Source of the DNA: an uncultured Nitrososphaerota archaeon
GTDB taxonomy: Archaea; Thermoproteota; Nitrososphaeria; Nitrososphaerales; Nitrosopumilaceae
Length of the DNA: 64,000 bases
Assembly: GCA_963701075.1 (NCBI GenBank)
Contig: OY969559.1
Span: 992,001-1,056,000, forward strand
Reading direction: 5' to 3'
Below the pieces are notes generated by a model. It saw only the letters and a program-made list of their open reading frames with translations, searched no databases and was not told the DNA's origin. Below, in pieces: positions 60,110 to 64,000 of the stretch. Position numbers and translations under genes: made by a program. Position 1 is the first letter of the stretch. Every line of letters starts with the position of its first letter.

Positions 60110-60883
60110 TCAGAGATTATCAAGTGTGTTTTGGTGCTGATCACATAACTTTCCCATTTCTATTTGTGCATGCAAAAGTTCTTCTTGCCAATGCGCGTTG
60201 TGCAGGATGCATTTCTTTGATTCACAAAAAGGAATTCCTGTAAGATGATAAAATATGGCTTGTAAAGCATATCCTCTAACAACCAAACGCAATCGCTCAT
60301 CATGATATTCTAGAAATCTTCCTCTGAATTCTTGTTTAATTGTGTCTAGATTCAGACCTTGTGAAATTTTTTCGTGCAAACGGAGGTAATAATCACATGG
60401 TTTTGCAGGTGCTTCAATCATACCTGTAGTGGAAATGATGGAAGGGTTAGAACATATCACGGCTCTCCCATGATATCTGTAGTCATCATAATCATAACTG
60501 CAAGTCAATCTTGTTGTAAATATGATATGAAATTCGTCAGATGATAATTCTGAATCAGGTATGATATCTCTAAAAATGTTTTGAAGTTCAAAACCGTCGT
60601 ACAAAATTATATTGTTTGATGTATGTGTTGTTTCTTCTAATTGCTTTTCAAATGTTATCTCTTCTGCTGTAGGCATGTGTTTCTCAAAAGGCACGTAGGG
60701 GTTGAAAACTCTACATGCGGCTAATTGCTGGAAGGTTTTTTCTTGTACATGAAAATGCTGAAAAAAACTCTGTCGTACTTCGGTGCTTATTCCACTTTGT
60801 TTCTGTATGAACTCGGCAAGTTCGTTGATCCTGATCTCTGGTATGCTTGGTTCGTCGTACAAAAATAGTTTAGATATTCTCAA
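60110..60883 (-). CDS. Putative metallopeptidase (DUF6775-like)
   Basis: YDGFEL, YRYHGR, ISTTGMIEAPAKP, FC....C.L.NAHWQ. Confidence 0.7.
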   Translation of the reverse strand: MRISKLFLYDEPSIPEIRINELAEFIQKQSGISTEVRQSFFQHFHVQEKTFQQLAACRVFNPYVPFEKHMPTAEEITFEKQLEETTHTSNNIILYDGFELQNIFRDIIPDSELSSDEFHIIFTTRLTCSYDYDDYRYHGRAVICSNPSIISTTGMIEAPAKPCDYYLRLHEKISQGLNLDTIKQEFRGRFLEYHDERLRLVVRGYALQAIFYHLTGIPFCESKKCILHNAHWQEELLHAQIEMGKLCDQHQNTLDNL

Positions 60884-60908
60884 TAATAAAATACTGATTC
60901 TAGTTGAT

Positions 60909-61727
60909 TTATCTTCTTAGCTCTTTTATTTTGGATGCTGTAATCTCGGCTGCTTTCTTGCCTGATAGCAACATGGAACCATATGTTGGCCCCATTCTTG
61001 CTATGCCATAGGTTTCTGTTACGGACATGCCTGTTGCTACAAGGCCAGGGAAAACTTCACCAGTGTGATGTACTACTTTATTTTCCCCATCATCTACCCA
61101 CATGGGATCCATGCCTTTCCATTCCACAAGCTTTCTGTCCACCAATCTCTTTATGGCTACTGAATCATGACCTGATGCATCTATGACCATCTTGGATTCT
61201 AAAGCAACTGGGTCAACACAAGTTATGTTTCTTGGAAGAGCTGACACGGGCATCCAATTTACTACAATGCCGCTTACTCTTCCATTCTTTAATATCAAAT
61301 CATCAAATTTTGTTAGATTCAAGAATTTTACTCCTGCATCACAAGCTGCAGCTATTAATTTTGAAACTGCATGTGGTCCGGGCGTAAGATAAAGTCCCTC
61401 TCTTACCTTCTTGTAGGGAATTCCTAATTCATCCCAGATCTTTTGTGCGGGGGCTCTCACTGTTACTGGATTCATCATATATCCTCCTAGCCAGTATCCG
61501 CCTCCGAGGTAGTTGTTTTGTTCTATGACTAGAACTCTGAATCCCATCAACGCGAGTTCTCTGCTTGCAGTCAAACCTGCTGGACCTGCACCTATAATTA
61601 TTACATCAGAGTCTGCTCTGTCTACAAGTACTGAATGAAATTCATCAGCGATTGCTCGTGTGATTTCTTTCTCATCAACATCTGCAAAGATTTTAGGTAC
61701 TTCATCTTTATGAGTAGCCGTTTGCAT
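60909..61727 (-). CDS. thi4: Thiazole synthase Thi4
   Basis: IIGAGPAGL, LGGGYWLGG, TCVDP, IDASGHD, RMGPTYGSMLLSG. Confidence 0.93.
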   Translation of the reverse strand: MQTATHKDEVPKIFADVDEKEITRAIADEFHSVLVDRADSDVIIIGAGPAGLTASRELALMGFRVLVIEQNNYLGGGYWLGGYMMNPVTVRAPAQKIWDELGIPYKKVREGLYLTPGPHAVSKLIAAACDAGVKFLNLTKFDDLILKNGRVSGIVVNWMPVSALPRNITCVDPVALESKMVIDASGHDSVAIKRLVDRKLVEWKGMDPMWVDDGENKVVHHTGEVFPGLVATGMSVTETYGIARMGPTYGSMLLSGKKAAEITASKIKELRR

Positions 61728-61763
61728 GAAAAATACCCTTAGAACAGCACATTAATAGTTTGC

Positions 61764-62783
61764 TCAGTTTAAAAACGTGTCTTCAAATGATTTAATGCAT
61801 TCTCTTATGTGCATCTTTTTTGTGGGATTCTTAAATGCATAAGCCGAAATGATATCTGTTTTTGTAAGATCTTTTTTAGTTAACCCATCCTTTGCGGCCC
61901 TGAGCGCGTCAACTATCACATTACAGCCATTAGTACTATCATTTGTTCTAAGTGATAGATCCATTTCTATTGTTGAACCAAGAAATCCTTTGGCCTCCAT
62001 CCAATAATAGCTGACTCTGGAATCGCCAAGTTGCTCTGCATATTCTGTCGTACCGGCAGTAGACCTGAAAGGATACGGTGCTTCAATTGCAATGGATTCT
62101 GTTTTGATGCTTCTCTTTTTCTCTCTTGTTTCTTCAGCCATTGTATTCATGGTGTCTTGATTTCCTCCTACATCAAGCTGGTATGCTTTCTGGATCTTGA
62201 TGCCTCGATTTGTCATAAAGTCTATCATTCCTCGATGAAAGGCAGTTCCACCAAACTGACTCATTAAATCATCTCCTAGAATCATTAACCCCTTTGTTTC
62301 AAACGCCTTTTTTGTCTTGTCGGTTACAATCTTGGAAGATGTAGCGTTAAAAAAAGAACAGCCGGCATCTAACGCTGCCTCAGAATATTTTTCTGATGTC
62401 TTATCAAGTCCAGAAGAAATCGCGTTAATGAGAAAATCTGGTTTGATAGCCTTGAGGGATTTAACAAATTCATCATAACTTACAGATTTTATCTGACCAC
62501 TCTGGTTAATGTGGAGAGGTATCGGATCTGACATTATTCCAGGCTGAATTACAATGTCTGAAAAATCTGTTTTGTAATCTGTGATCAACTGACCTATTTT
62601 TTTTCCTACTTTAGAAGGATCTATGTCAAAAACTGCTGAGATTGTTATGTCGTTCAGGGTTAATCCTGAAATCTTTGGGTGCCAAAGCCCCTCGATTGAG
62701 TTTTTGTAGAATTCTAAGCCTTTTGCCAGAGTTAATGTTACATTTCCGCTTCCAACAACTGCAATCTTGATTTTATCTGACAC
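61764..62783 (-). CDS. ino1: myo-inositol-1-phosphate synthase family protein
   Basis: IAVVGSGN, FDID..KVG, GDDLMSQFGGT, QLDVGGNQD, SAYAFKNP. Confidence 0.88.
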   Translation of the reverse strand: MSDKIKIAVVGSGNVTLTLAKGLEFYKNSIEGLWHPKISGLTLNDITISAVFDIDPSKVGKKIGQLITDYKTDFSDIVIQPGIMSDPIPLHINQSGQIKSVSYDEFVKSLKAIKPDFLINAISSGLDKTSEKYSEAALDAGCSFFNATSSKIVTDKTKKAFETKGLMILGDDLMSQFGGTAFHRGMIDFMTNRGIKIQKAYQLDVGGNQDTMNTMAEETREKKRSIKTESIAIEAPYPFRSTAGTTEYAEQLGDSRVSYYWMEAKGFLGSTIEMDLSLRTNDSTNGCNVIVDALRAAKDGLTKKDLTKTDIISAYAFKNPTKKMHIRECIKSFEDTFLN

Positions 62784-62977
62784 GCAATTTTTCCTCGTCG
62801 ATCTTCATTTAACTCTTTTCTGATATTGTTATTCGGAAAGGTCGTCTTTTCTTAATGGATTCCCCTTTTTGATGTAAATGTTGATGGAGTGGAAAATCCT
62901 GCCACTATATCCTTGGTTAGTGCATATCTGGCGTCTAGTTTAAAATTTATATGCACTTCGCAAAGTAGCTACAATAA

Positions 62978-64000
62978 TTGAGCAAGACAAGCCTTTCTCA
63001 GTCCAGGCCTGATAACCTTCCCAGATCCAAAATACAATGGGGTCGTCTAGAGGAAGCTGAAAAATTTGCAGAAATGGTAAAACTCTTCAGGCAAGGCAAG
63101 ATTAGCCGTGATGATCTACGAAGATTTAGGCTCCAACATGGAGCGTATGGTAGCAGAATGACTGATGATTACAGCATGATTCGTGTCAAAATTCCTGCTG
63201 GCGAAGTTTATCCAGAGCAGATTGAAAAAATGGCAGAACTAAGCGAATCATTTTCGATTGGAAGCGCACATGTTTCTACAAGGCAGAATTTCCAGCTTCA
63301 TTGGGTTGCATTGGAAGATGTTTCTGAAGTTATGCGTGGGCTGGCAGAAATTGGATTGACGTCAAGAGAAGCATGCGGTAATTCGGTAAGAAATGTAATG
63401 TGCAGCCCCCTTGCAGGTGTGTGTCCTGACGAAATATTTGATCCGACACCATATGCACTATCAACAGCAAAGTTTCTACTACGAAATTCGATGAATCAAT
63501 CACTTCCAAGAAAATTCAAGATCAATTATACCTGTTGTGAGAAACACGGAATGGCAAGGATAGTGGATATTGGTCTTATTCCGCAAAGAACAGAAATTAA
63601 CGGAAAACTGCAGAATGGATTCAAGGTTTTCTTAGGTGGTGGACTTGGCGCACAATCATTTGTAGGACATCAACTTGAAGAGTTTACGCCAGAAGAAGAT
63701 TTACTCTATACAATAATTGCAGTCATTAGAGTCTATGATAGAATGGGAAACCGTGAAAATATGGCAAGAAATAGAATGAGATATCTTGTTAATGAGCTTG
63801 GATGGGAAAAATTCCAAAATATTGTACTAAAAGAAAGAACAATGGTAAGACTAACCCAATCTGTTGTGATAAAACTTGATCTTGATAATACTCCTGAAGT
63901 ACTGCGTAAAATATCGATTAGTTCAGAAATTCCTTCGCCTCCTCAGGGCTTGTCTAGATGGATCAAAACTAATACCATGAAGCAAAAACAACAAGGTTAC
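62978..64000 (+). CDS. Ferredoxin-dependent sulfite/nitrite reductase, 5' part (runs off window; not in ORF track)
   Basis: TTG start; FRLQHGAYG, MIRVKIPAG, STRQNFQLH, ACGNSVRNV, LPRKFKI, FLGGGLG, RNRMRYLV. Confidence 0.9.
   Translation, partial: MSKTSLSQSRPDNLPRSKIQWGRLEEAEKFAEMVKLFRQGKISRDDLRRFRLQHGAYGSRMTDDYSMIRVKIPAGEVYPEQIEKMAELSESFSIGSAHVSTRQNFQLHWVALEDVSEVMRGLAEIGLTSREACGNSVRNVMCSPLAGVCPDEIFDPTPYALSTAKFLLRNSMNQSLPRKFKINYTCCEKHGMARIVDIGLIPQRTEINGKLQNGFKVFLGGGLGAQSFVGHQLEEFTPEEDLLYTIIAVIRVYDRMGNRENMARNRMRYLVNELGWEKFQNIVLKERTMVRLTQSVVIKLDLDNTPEVLRKISISSEIPSPPQGLSRWIKTNTMKQKQQGY

Noticed and set aside
61727-61764. TPP riboswitch upstream of thi4
   Set aside because: The gap is only about 36 nt and lacks the CTGAGA-type aptamer core
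1-64000. CRISPR array, IS/transposase, integrase, rRNA
   Set aside because: No regularly spaced repeats, transposase or recombinase motifs, or rRNA-like sequence seen by eye

Overview
Archaeal chromosome segment from an ammonia-oxidising thaumarchaeote (Nitrososphaeria; gene content suggests Nitrosotalea/Nitrosopumilales, which is an inference). Positions 1 to about 12.4 kb form an AT-rich defence/conflict island. It holds a type I restriction HsdR (3' part), a YgjP/M48 protease, a wHTH-nucleotidyltransferase fusion, a P-loop GTPase with a GAP1-N2-like partner, a roughly 1080-aa HEPN-like/helical protein, an AbiU2-like HEPN, a DUF3892-like protein and a membrane protein. The island ends at what looks like a decayed tRNA. 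The rest is largely core genome: surface proteins, tsr3, RNase P RNA, cofD/cofC/cofE, aIF1, Sec61beta, a peptide ABC transporter, an intron-containing tRNA-Ser(CGA), fen, an S53 protease, thyX, cdvA, acs, PINA, a phosphorelay, tldD-udg-mpg, htrA, proS, serB, a sulfur cluster (tusA, cysK, trxB, thi4, sulfite/nitrite reductase) and ino1. The best candidate for an undescribed system is the co-oriented NTase + GTPase/GAP1-N2 + HEPN module at about 2.2-10.6 kb. Three genes are split by +1 shifts at short base runs, probably from sequencing or assembly error. All family calls come from motif recognition by eye; no searches were run.
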